64,000 nt of DNA from Terriglobales bacterium. Its GTDB lineage: Bacteria > Acidobacteriota > Terriglobia > Terriglobales > SCQP01. The translations under genes and the position numbers were made by a program. Numbering within the stretch: position 1 is the first letter of the stretch; the number at the start of each line of letters is the position of its first letter. The stretch spans positions 203-64,202 of the forward strand of contig JBOGKW010000001.1 in assembly GCA_050746205.1 (NCBI GenBank), given 5' to 3'. Below, piece after piece: positions 28,950 through 37,364 of the stretch. The notes under the pieces were generated by a model. It was given only the letters and a program-made list of their open reading frames with translations. It was not told the origin of the DNA and did no database searches.

Positions 28950-29588
28950 ATGCCAGGCAAACGGTTGCGCATGGGTACGCGGATCTTCATCGCAGTGCTG
29001 GGGCTGGGTTGTGCGCTGGCGGCACAAACCGCCATCGGCGCGGGCAGCATTGTCGCGGTGCGCACGCCGCAGGGGATCGTGTATACGAATTTGGTCGCGG
29101 CGCCGGCGGCGGCGGCAGCCCATTCGGCGCGCCGCCATCCGGCCGAGCCCAGCCGGCGGCGGATTCGTCGCCTGCTGCATCAGGCCGCCCGGCGCTATGC
29201 GCTGGATCCGCGGCTGGTGCTGGAGGTGGCGCGGCAAGAGAGCGATTTCGATCCCCGCTCGGTGTCCGACAAGGGGGCCATGGGGGTGATGCAACTGATG
29301 CCGGCGACGGCGCGGGCGCTGGGAGTGCGGGATCCGTTCAACGCTGCCGAGAATATCGCCGGCGGCGCGCGTTATCTGCGGGCCCTGCTGCGGGAGTATC
29401 GCGGCAACGTCCGGCTGAGCTTGGCGGCCTACAACGCCGGCCCCGGGGCGGTGGCACAGTATGGCGGTGCCATTCCGCCGTATCGGGAAACGCGGAGCTA
29501 CGTGCGCGTGATCACGCGGCGGCTGCGCCGGGATGGGGACCCGATCCCGCCGCATCCCACGCCTTGGCGCGGCAGCCGCAGCCGGTAG
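28950..29588 (+). CDS. Lytic transglycosylase (SLT domain)
   Basis: Signal peptide MPGKRLRMGTRIFIAVLGLGCALA. The catalytic region reads VARQESDFDPRSVSDKGAMGVMQLMPATA...AYNAGPGAV. Confidence 0.85.
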   Translation: MPGKRLRMGTRIFIAVLGLGCALAAQTAIGAGSIVAVRTPQGIVYTNLVAAPAAAAAHSARRHPAEPSRRRIRRLLHQAARRYALDPRLVLEVARQESDFDPRSVSDKGAMGVMQLMPATARALGVRDPFNAAENIAGGARYLRALLREYRGNVRLSLAAYNAGPGAVAQYGGAIPPYRETRSYVRVITRRLRRDGDPIPPHPTPWRGSRSR

Positions 29589-29650
29589 GCAGCCGACGGG
29601 TTAGCGGTGGCGCCGGTTTCCGGTTGCCGCTGGGCCGACCGGGAGGTACA

Positions 29651-31630
29651 TTGGGGGTGCTCTGGATTTTTCTCCCGGCCCGTGTAGCGGTGGGACGATT
29701 TGCCAATTTTTATCGTGCGCCGGTGTGGGCCGCCGTGCTTGTTCTGGCCTGTGCCGCCGCCTCATTAGCGGCTACTCCGCCCACTCGCGAAGAGTTGCTG
29801 GACCGGGCCCATGCGCTGCACGAGCGCCTGGAGCGCATGCCCATCGCCCAGCGGCGGCGCGCGGACTATGAGGCCATCGCGGATGTGCTGACCCAGGTCT
29901 GGCGGCGGCCGGAGCAGGTCTCTCCGGCCGCCGACATCACGCCGACGCCCGCCGAGGTGGCGTTGTTCGACGACGGCGGGCTGCACATCGCCATGGCCCA
30001 GGACCTCGGCGTGGCGGTGGGCTGGAGCGAGGCCGCGCAGGATTTCCACCGACTGCTGCGGCGCTTTCCCGCCACTCGCTATCGCCGCAACGCGGAATGG
30101 GCGCTGGCGCAGATCGAGTGGTTTCATTTGGGGCAACGGGGAGCGGCGCGGGAGCAATTGCGGGATTTCCTACGCCGCTATCCCGCCGATACCCGCGCCG
30201 ACTACGCCCGCCGGCAACTGCGGGGCCGCCGCGTGGATCCGCCGTCCCTGCTGCCCGCCATTGCGCGCGAGCCCGGGGCAGCGCCGCGGGCCGGTAGCCG
30301 GGCCGCGAGCGAACCCGCGGCCGCGGAGGCGCCGCATGCGGCGCAGCATGCGGAGTTGGTTCCCGGCACCCGGCCAGCCGACTCGGGTGCGCACCGCGGC
30401 GTGCCGCCGCCCTCGGCGGCTGCGCCGGCGGGCGGCGGGGGCCCGGTACAGGTGACCAGCCTGGAGTGGCACACCGAGCCGGACGGGTTGACGCTGGTGG
30501 TGGGATTAAGTGGCCGGCCGCTCGTCGCGCACGGGGCGGTGGAGCAGACCCATGCGGTCTACTTCGATTTTGCGGACGCTCATTTCGCCGCCGACATGGC
30601 CAACCGCTTCATTCATCTGAGCGATCCCCTGATCAGCGAGATTGAGCTGGCGCGCAACCACACGGGGGTAATCCGGCTGGCGGTGCATGAGCGCCCAGGG
30701 CACGCGCTCGCGACGGTGGCAATGTACTTTCCCAATCCGTCGCGCCTGGTGGTTTCCCTGCGGTCCGGGACGGCGCCGCCCAGGTCCGCGCCGCCTGCGA
30801 TGGCGGCGCGAAACACCCCGCCGCCGCTCCGGCCGGCCCCGGAGCCTGCGGCTGCGGCTCCCCTCCGGCCGCGGCGGGTGGCGCGCGCGGCGCACGCGCT
30901 GCCCGACGGACAGCAATCGCTGAGCCGGGCGCTGGGTTTGAAGGTGCGGCGCGTCGTCATTGACGCCGGCCACGGCGGGTTCGATACCGGCGCGATCGGC
31001 CCCAACGGGCTGGACGAGAAGACGGTCACCCTCAGCGTCGCTTTGCGCCTGGGGCGGTTATTGACGACGCGCCTGGGCGCGCAGGTCATCTATACCCGCC
31101 GCACGGATGTGTTCGTGCCGCTGCAAACGCGCACGGCGATCGCCAATCGCGCGCACGCGGATTTGTTCATCTCCATTCACGCCAATTCCAGCCGCTCCCC
31201 GGAGGCGACCGGCGTGGAAGCGTACTACCTTAACCTGACGCGCAGCCCGCGGGCGCTGGAGGTGGCGGCGCGGGAGAATGAGACCACCCAACTCGGCGAT
31301 CACGACCTCAAGACCCTACTGCAGTCCATCGCCCAGAACAACAAGCGCCAAGAGTCAGAGGACTTCTGCCGCGACATTGACCTCAGCTTGGCCAATGGGT
31401 TGGATGAGGTCAACCGGGGCGTCAAGAGCGCGCCGTTTATTGTCCTGATCGGGGCGCGGATGCCCTCGGTACTGGCGGAAGTCTCGTTCCTGAGCAATCC
31501 CCATTACGCCCACCTGCTGACCGAACCCAGCTATCGCCAGCGCATCGCGCTGGCGCTCTATCACGGCGTCGCCCGCTACATCCGCTCGCTGGGCGGGGTG
31601 GAAACGGCACAGACGCTCGCCGGCCGCTAG
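29651..31630 (+). CDS. N-acetylmuramoyl-L-alanine amidase (AmiC-like) with helical-repeat and AMIN-like N-terminal regions
   Basis: The C-terminal Amidase_3 region reads VVIDAGHGGFDTGA...DLFISIHANS...VLAEVSFLSN. The start is uncertain (TTG 29651 or GTG 29657). The track ORF from 28850 overlaps the SLT gene in another frame. Confidence 0.85.
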   Translation: MGVLWIFLPARVAVGRFANFYRAPVWAAVLVLACAAASLAATPPTREELLDRAHALHERLERMPIAQRRRADYEAIADVLTQVWRRPEQVSPAADITPTPAEVALFDDGGLHIAMAQDLGVAVGWSEAAQDFHRLLRRFPATRYRRNAEWALAQIEWFHLGQRGAAREQLRDFLRRYPADTRADYARRQLRGRRVDPPSLLPAIAREPGAAPRAGSRAASEPAAAEAPHAAQHAELVPGTRPADSGAHRGVPPPSAAAPAGGGGPVQVTSLEWHTEPDGLTLVVGLSGRPLVAHGAVEQTHAVYFDFADAHFAADMANRFIHLSDPLISEIELARNHTGVIRLAVHERPGHALATVAMYFPNPSRLVVSLRSGTAPPRSAPPAMAARNTPPPLRPAPEPAAAAPLRPRRVARAAHALPDGQQSLSRALGLKVRRVVIDAGHGGFDTGAIGPNGLDEKTVTLSVALRLGRLLTTRLGAQVIYTRRTDVFVPLQTRTAIANRAHADLFISIHANSSRSPEATGVEAYYLNLTRSPRALEVAARENETTQLGDHDLKTLLQSIAQNNKRQESEDFCRDIDLSLANGLDEVNRGVKSAPFIVLIGARMPSVLAEVSFLSNPHYAHLLTEPSYRQRIALALYHGVARYIRSLGGVETAQTLAGR

Positions 31631-31796
31631 CCGCGTTGGGCGGCGGGGTACAATCGAGCTGCGGCCCGCGTCGAGAAGCTCCGAGCGCGAGCGAACTTCG
31701 GTTGCCGGCCGTCCCAGCCCAGTCGCAGGCGCGCCGCATCAAGAGCGCCGTCCAGAAATGGGTGGCTGAGCCGGAGTGTTCCCGAGGAGGCTGGAT

Positions 31797-32957
31797 TTGC
31801 AAGCTGCGGTGATATCCGCCGAATGGGCGCCCCGCCCGGAGTATCCCCTGAGCGAAGAAGAGCGTCGCACCCGCACCGCCCGAGTGGGCTCATCGGTTTG
31901 GCGCCATCCCACGGTTGCGGTGCGAGAGCTGCCGGACCCGGTGTGCGGACCCGAGGACGCGCTGCTGCGCGTGGCGGCCGCAGGGTTGTGCGGCTCCGAC
32001 CTGCATTTTTTTGAGACCGACGCCGAAGGCTACATGCAATATCCGGGCCTGGCCCGCTTTCCCAGCGTGCCCGGGCACGAGGTGGCGGGCGAGGTGATCG
32101 CGGTGGGGGAGCGGGTGAAGGGACTGCAGGCCGGGGACCTAGTTTGCCTGGATGACATGGTCTGCTGCGGGGCTTGCGAGGCTTGCCGCCGCGGCTTTCC
32201 GAACCAGTGCGAAGACCTCGAGGATGTCGGCTTCACCATGAACGGAGGTTGCGCCGAGCTGTTGCGCGTGCCGGCGCGGAACTGCTGGAGCATTAATGCT
32301 CTGCTGGAGAGGTTCGGTGGCAAAGAACCGGTCCTGGAGGCGGGCGCGGTGATTGAACCGTTCACGGTGGCCTACAACGCGCTGTTCGAGTGCGCCGGAC
32401 GCATTAAGCCGGGCGCCTACGCCGCCGTCTACGGCGCCGGGGCGATCGGCTTGGCGGCGGTGCAACTGCTGCGCGCGGCCGGCGCGGCGCGGATCGCGGT
32501 CTTCGAGCACCACGCGCAGCGGCGCGAACTGGCGCGGCGCTTCGGCGCGGATCAGGTGTTCGCCGCCCACGGCGAACGGCCGGCGCGGGCGATCCTGCGC
32601 GAGCTGACCGGCGGGGCTGGGGCCGACGTGCAGGTGGAGGCGGCGGGGGCGTTCCAGGAGACGATGCCGGAGATGGAAGCGGCGGCGGCCAATGGCGGGC
32701 AGATCGTCATCATCGGCCGCGACCGCATGCGAGCAGCCATCCAGCTGGAGAACTTGCAGGTGAAAAAAACCAACCTGATTGCTGCCATGGGCAACACCGG
32801 CTACGGCACCTACCCCAATGTCATCCGCATGATGACGGCCGGACTGCTGGATCCCCGGCCGATGATCACCGATCGGTTTCCGCTGCGTGATTTTTCCGGC
32901 GCCCTGGCCAAGGCGCAAGCGCGGGAAGGGGGCAAGGTCCTGGTCAAGATCGGCTAG
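31797..32957 (+). CDS. Zinc-dependent alcohol/polyol dehydrogenase (MDR family)
   Basis: GLCGSDLHFF, PGHEVAGEVIAVGERV, the structural-zinc CxxCxxC region (CCGACEACRRG) and a Rossmann GAGAIGL. The TTG at 31797 is preceded by GAGGAGG; the alternative start is GTG 31776. Confidence 0.85.
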   Translation: MQAAVISAEWAPRPEYPLSEEERRTRTARVGSSVWRHPTVAVRELPDPVCGPEDALLRVAAAGLCGSDLHFFETDAEGYMQYPGLARFPSVPGHEVAGEVIAVGERVKGLQAGDLVCLDDMVCCGACEACRRGFPNQCEDLEDVGFTMNGGCAELLRVPARNCWSINALLERFGGKEPVLEAGAVIEPFTVAYNALFECAGRIKPGAYAAVYGAGAIGLAAVQLLRAAGAARIAVFEHHAQRRELARRFGADQVFAAHGERPARAILRELTGGAGADVQVEAAGAFQETMPEMEAAAANGGQIVIIGRDRMRAAIQLENLQVKKTNLIAAMGNTGYGTYPNVIRMMTAGLLDPRPMITDRFPLRDFSGALAKAQAREGGKVLVKIG

Positions 32958-33012
32958 GCGGCGTGCCGCGCCGAACCGGCGGCCAGCACTGCCGCCGCGC
33001 ATACAATGAGAT

Positions 33013-33978
33013 GTGGTTGGGTCGCGGCGCACGCTGGCGTGGATGTGCCTGTGGGCCTGCTTGGCCACTACGGCCACGGCCCAAGGGTTCGTTGCGCCCC
33101 GCGGATGGCGCCTGGACCACGACGCCACGCTGACCCACGCGCCTTGGGGGCTGGCGCCGCAAGCGGCGGCCGCGATGGCGGAGTTTGGCTTGGTGCGGCG
33201 GCAAGTGGGGCGATACCGGCACGCTCGGCAGGCGGCGCAACTGGAGGTCTGGCTCTTCGGGGACAGTCAGGGCGCCTATGGGGCGGCCACCTATTTGCGC
33301 GCGCTTCGTGCGCCAGGCCGGGAGATGGCGCGGCGGCAGTGGTTGCTACGAGGAGAAGGGGCGATCTCGGCGCGCGCCTGGCGGGAGTGGACGCGGCGCG
33401 TCGTGGGCGGGACGCAGGGGCCGCTGCCGCTGCTGCGCCAGCACTTGCCCGCGGCGGGTCTGGTGCCCGACTCGGCGAATTATGCCGAGGGGCCCGCGGG
33501 CCTGGCGGCCATTGCGCCCTGGCTGCCCGCGCAGGCAGTGAACTTTCCCATGGAGCCGGTGATCGCCGCCGGCTGGTATCGGCTGGGTCGTGAACCGGCG
33601 GCGCAGGGGCAGCTGATCATCCTGTCCTATCCCACGCCGCAGATCGCGGCGGCCCAACTGGCGCCGATTCGTTCCGCCGCGGGATTGGCGCGCCGCTCCG
33701 GCCCCTTCGTCGTGGCCTGGCATGGTCCCGCATCGCGGCAAGCGAGTAAACTGCTGGCGACAGTCCATTACCGCGCCATCGTGGCCTGGAGCCAGCCGAT
33801 CGGGTTGCAGTCTCTGCCCGGGTTGATTTTAGCGATCTTCGTTCTGGTGGGTTTTATTCTCGCGGTTTGTTTGGCCGCCGGCTTGTTCGCCGGGGGCTTG
33901 CGAATTTTGCTGGCGAAGTGGTTTCCCCGCCGTTTCGCGGCGCATGCAGACCGGCTGATTCGCTTAAAGCTGCAGTAA
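33013..33978 (+). CDS. Hypothetical exported protein with a C-terminal TM anchor
   Basis: 321-aa ORF with a signal-like N-terminus (LWACLATTATAQG) and a C-terminal TM segment (LILAIFVLVGFILAVCLAAGLFAGGL). I recognised no family. Confidence 0.55.
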   Translation: MVGSRRTLAWMCLWACLATTATAQGFVAPRGWRLDHDATLTHAPWGLAPQAAAAMAEFGLVRRQVGRYRHARQAAQLEVWLFGDSQGAYGAATYLRALRAPGREMARRQWLLRGEGAISARAWREWTRRVVGGTQGPLPLLRQHLPAAGLVPDSANYAEGPAGLAAIAPWLPAQAVNFPMEPVIAAGWYRLGREPAAQGQLIILSYPTPQIAAAQLAPIRSAAGLARRSGPFVVAWHGPASRQASKLLATVHYRAIVAWSQPIGLQSLPGLILAIFVLVGFILAVCLAAGLFAGGLRILLAKWFPRRFAAHADRLIRLKLQ

Positions 33979-34007
33979 ACAAAATGCCCATCCTTGCGGA
34001 TGGGCAT
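33977..34007 (-). terminator. Intrinsic terminator oriented for the minus strand
   Basis: On the minus strand: ATGCCCATCC-GCAA-GGATGGGCAT (10-bp stem, GNRA loop) followed by TTTGTTT. On the plus strand the tail is only TTCGCT. Confidence 0.6.
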
Positions 34008-34117
34008 TTCGCTGGAGAATAGCTTCGAAGACCCAGGCCAGAAGAGCCGCTGGCGGCAGAAGCAGCCCCTGCCGCCCAAGGCCATTGCCGGCACCACGGT
34101 GCCCCGAAACCTTCGAT
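33977..34117 (-). ncRNA. Candidate ~140-nt structured small RNA (family unknown)
   Basis: It is bounded by a sigma70-like promoter and the intrinsic terminator. No reading frame closes before the terminator. Nested helices are visible by eye, and a single-stranded UUCUCC stretch precedes the terminator. Confidence 0.4.
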
Positions 34118-34124
34118 GGCCAAA

Positions 34125-34153
34125 ATCTTAAAATCAGCCGGATACCATGTCAA
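34125..34153 (-). promoter_or_regulatory. Sigma70-like promoter (TTGACA-17 nt-TAAGAT) on the minus strand
   Basis: The minus strand reads attcaccTTGACAtggtatccggctgatttTAAGATtttgg. An A/T-rich stretch (aaaacaaatgacttgtaaaat) lies upstream. This is the most AT-rich patch I noticed in the window. Confidence 0.45.
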
Positions 34154-34262
34154 GGTGAATCTTGACCTAGGAGGATTTTACAAGTCATTTGTTTTCATAA
34201 CGTTGCATTCCTGCCAGCCGGTCGTAACGATGCTACACTGCCGGTAGCGAGCCTTCAACCCC

Positions 34263-35234
34263 GTGCTCACCACCGACCGCTTGGCCTCCACTTCCCGCCT
34301 GGAAGCTTCGCTGCGGAGCGTCATCCGCACCCCGGTCCCGGCCGCCGACGGCCGTGATGACGCGGTGCGCATGGCGCTAATCGCGCTGGTCGCCAACGGA
34401 CACATTCTGATTGAGGACGTGCCAGGCGTAGGCAAGACGACACTGGCGCAAGCGCTGGCGCGCTCGCTGGACTGCACGCTGCAGCGAATTCAGTTCACCA
34501 GCGATCTGCTGCCCAGCGATGTCACCGGGATCAGCGTCTACAATCAGGCCAGCCAGCGCTTCGAGTTCAAGCGCGGACCCATCTTCGCCCATATCGTTGT
34601 GGCGGATGAGATCAACCGCACCACGCCCAAGACGCAATCGGCGCTGCTGGAGGCGATGAATGAACGCCAGGTGACCGCCGACGGCGAGACCCACCCGTTG
34701 CCGGCGCCGTTCCTGGTGGTGGCGACGCAAAATCCCATCGAGCATCAGGGCACCTTTCCGCTGCCGGAGAGCCAGCTGGACCGCTTCTTGGTGCGGATCC
34801 GCATGGGCTACCCCGCCATTGCGGATGAGAAGGCGATCCTCCGGGGCGACGCCGGCGCGGAGCGACTGGCCAGCGTGGTGGCGATTGCGACGGGCGAGGA
34901 GGTGCTGGCCTGGCAGGCCGCGGCGCGGGAGGTGCGCGTCGAGGAATCGCTGTTGGACTATGGGCTGGCTTTGGCGCGGGCCACGCGCGAGCATCCCGCC
35001 TTGGCCCTGGGCGTCAGCCCACGCGGCGCGTTGATGTTGTATCGGGCGGCACAGGCCCGCGCATGGCTCCAGGGGCGCGGTTATTGCACGCCGGATGACC
35101 TGAAGCGCCTGGCGGTGCCGGTGCTGGCGCACCGCATCGCGCTGAAGCCGAGCGTAGCGCATTGGGAACGGCGCTCGGAACAGGCCGACGCGTTGCTGGC
35201 GCAGATCGCCGCCACGGTGCCGGTGCCGGACTAG
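34263..35234 (+). CDS. moxR: MoxR-family AAA+ ATPase
   Basis: Walker A DVPGVGKTTLAQALA, Walker B IVVADEINRTTPKTQSALLEAM, followed by ...VVATQNPIEHQGTFPLPESQLDRF. Confidence 0.9.
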   Translation: MLTTDRLASTSRLEASLRSVIRTPVPAADGRDDAVRMALIALVANGHILIEDVPGVGKTTLAQALARSLDCTLQRIQFTSDLLPSDVTGISVYNQASQRFEFKRGPIFAHIVVADEINRTTPKTQSALLEAMNERQVTADGETHPLPAPFLVVATQNPIEHQGTFPLPESQLDRFLVRIRMGYPAIADEKAILRGDAGAERLASVVAIATGEEVLAWQAAAREVRVEESLLDYGLALARATREHPALALGVSPRGALMLYRAAQARAWLQGRGYCTPDDLKRLAVPVLAHRIALKPSVAHWERRSEQADALLAQIAATVPVPD

Positions 35235-35321
35235 GCGCCGAGATCCCGCAGTGTGGCAAAACAAAAACGGCGCCGGGCGCCCGCTCGCGCCCCGCGCCGA
35301 GTTGCCTTGGCGATGGTGAGC

Positions 35322-35813
35322 CTAGAACAACGATGGCGGAGTGCTGCCGCCGCTGCTGCACGAACTGCTGACCGTCTTGATCTTCTGCACATCCAGGCTT
35401 TGCTGCCCGCCCGCTTGTCCGGCCGGGGTTCCAGCCGCGCCGGCATTGCTCGCCGTGCCGGTAACCGTCACGGTGTGGTCCACGTGCTTGGACAGGTCCA
35501 CGTTGCTGCTGGTCAGAGTCCAGGTTTGATTGGTCGCTTGGTCGGTCAGGGAATACTGGCCGGCGCCGCTACTCTGTAGACAGCCCGTTGCCGAGACGGT
35601 TCCGCTGGCCATGCCCTGGTCTTGCTGGCCGGCCTGCGCACTCGGCTGTGCGCCGGGTTGCTGTTGCTGGCCCTGGTTGGGTTGCGCTTGCTGTTGCCCT
35701 TGCTGACCCTGCTGACCGGTGTTCTGAGCCCACGCCGGGGTCATCGCGGCGAAAAAGCACATCGCCACCAGCATCGTCAGTGTCGCTAGCAATTGATTAG
35801 TTCTCGAATGCAT
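35322..35813 (-). CDS. Small secreted protein with a Gln-rich low-complexity N-terminal region
   Basis: The ATG at 35813 is preceded by GGAGG. It has the signal peptide MHSRTNQLLATLTMLVAMCFFAAMTPAWA, then QNTGQQGQQGQQQAQPNQGQQQQPG..., then a beta-rich region with two Cys residues. Confidence 0.65.
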   Translation of the reverse strand: MHSRTNQLLATLTMLVAMCFFAAMTPAWAQNTGQQGQQGQQQAQPNQGQQQQPGAQPSAQAGQQDQGMASGTVSATGCLQSSGAGQYSLTDQATNQTWTLTSSNVDLSKHVDHTVTVTGTASNAGAAGTPAGQAGGQQSLDVQKIKTVSSSCSSGGSTPPSLF

Positions 35814-36350
35814 CTGCGTTCCTCCTGGGAATGCGTCCCAAGAACGCTCGGGCACGAGCCCCGGCGATCCCGGCGACGCTTTTGTAAGGAGATGCGGCGC
35901 GGTGGGCGGAGGTTGGGCCAGGTCCGGTGCCCTGAATGGGGGTAGCATGCACCCCACCAGGCCTCAGTGCCGGTCCCAGAAACTCCGCATCGCATCGTGA
36001 CCTCCTCCGCGACGAACTGGCGCGAGAAGCAGGGTGGCAGCGCCGGATGGTCTTGGCGCTCTGCCCTGCGCCCCTTGGCCTGACCAACTGCACGGCGCTT
36101 GCCAAAGGCCGGTGGCGAGCTAAATGCAGCCACTGGCGCGGGGGCCGGCATGCGCCGCGAAGAAGCCGTGCGGTTTAGGAGCGTGCGGGCGCGAAGTTTC
36201 CGCCCGCGAGTCAGCGCTTACTGCGTACCGCATATGTGGGACCGGGGTCATGGGGTTGCCGTCGCGATCCAGTCCCAAAAGACCACTGGCGGGCTGCCAG
36301 TAGGGAAGCCCACGCTGCCGGGTGTAGCGTAAACAGAGGAGGCTGAGACG

Positions 36351-36689
36351 ATGACGCAATTGGCGGAAAAGAGCTGTGTGCCCTGCCGGGGCGGCGTGCC
36401 GCCGCTGAGCGGAGTGGAACTGGAGCGTCTGCGGCAACAGCTGCCTTCCTGGACGGTGGTGCAAGGCCACCACCTGCAGCGGGATTACAAATTTCCGGAC
36501 TTCGTAACCGCGCTGGCGTTTGTCAACCAGATCGGCGCGATCGCCGAGAAGGAAGGCCATCATCCCGATATCGAGCTCGGCTGGGGGCGGGTCGGCGTGC
36601 GGACGTTCACCCACAAGATTGATGGATTGACGGAGAGCGATTTCATCCTGGCGGCCAAGATTGAGGAGGCGCGCGGTCCGGGCCAATAG
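36351..36689 (+). CDS. phhB: Pterin-4-alpha-carbinolamine dehydratase
   Basis: 112 aa with ...DYKFPDFVTALAFVNQIGAIAEKEGHHPDIELGWGRV...THKIDGLTESDF. The ATG is preceded by GAGGAGG. Confidence 0.9.
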   Translation: MTQLAEKSCVPCRGGVPPLSGVELERLRQQLPSWTVVQGHHLQRDYKFPDFVTALAFVNQIGAIAEKEGHHPDIELGWGRVGVRTFTHKIDGLTESDFILAAKIEEARGPGQ

Positions 36690-37364
36690 GCAAGGAAATG
36701 GGGAGCCGGGGGCCGAGATCGTCAACTCCCGTGAGGCCAACTGGCGTCTACGTCCGCGGCGGGGGCCGCATCGAGTCCCGTTCCATCGAAACCATCGGGC
36801 TGACCAAGCTGGGCTTCCGTCGCGGTCCGGACATGGCGCAGGCAGCAGGCGCAGACCCTGGCCCGGCTGATCGGGCCGGACGGGGCGGCGCCCGCGCCGT
36901 TCGGCGGCAACGGCAGGCCGGCAACAATTGTCGTAACCCGAGCGCCGCCGGGCACGTTAGATAGTCCATGCGTGGGGCGCAACGCCGGGCGGCGGTCTAT
37001 CCGAGGGGATTTCCGGGACCCGCCTGGGTGTGGTATTTGGGGTTGGGGCTGGCGTTGGCGGCGGGCATGGTACTGCCACTGCACGCCCGCCGCCATCGCC
37101 TGCACCGCGCCCAGTTGGTTTCCGTGGCGCCGCATCCGGTGACCGCCTGGCTCGGGCCCACGGTGCGAGCGATTTCCCTGCCGCCGTTCGCCGTCCGGGC
37201 CCGGCGGGGTGCGGGCCAATCCCGCGTGCGCATCCGCCCACCCACCGCATAGCCCACAGGCAGGAATGCCTTGCCGATCGCCGGGCACCCATGCGTGGGT
37301 ACTGCCCCGGCGTCACACCTCAAGACCCACCGGCGACAGCCGGGCCCAAGTTGAGGAGAGCTTC

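Noticed and set aside
28850-29650. N-terminal 267-aa extension of the amidase ORF (track ORF 28850..31630)
   Set aside because: It overlaps the SLT transglycosylase gene in another frame. The amidase signal or hydrophobic N-terminus begins near 29651.
36698-37288. Track ORFs 36698..36964 (+), 36661..36870 (+) and 36722..37288 (-) in the phhB/TolC gap
   Set aside because: None gives a coherent protein as called; they are Arg/Pro/Gly-rich. Only local stretches look coding, so I report the region as a finding rather than as genes.
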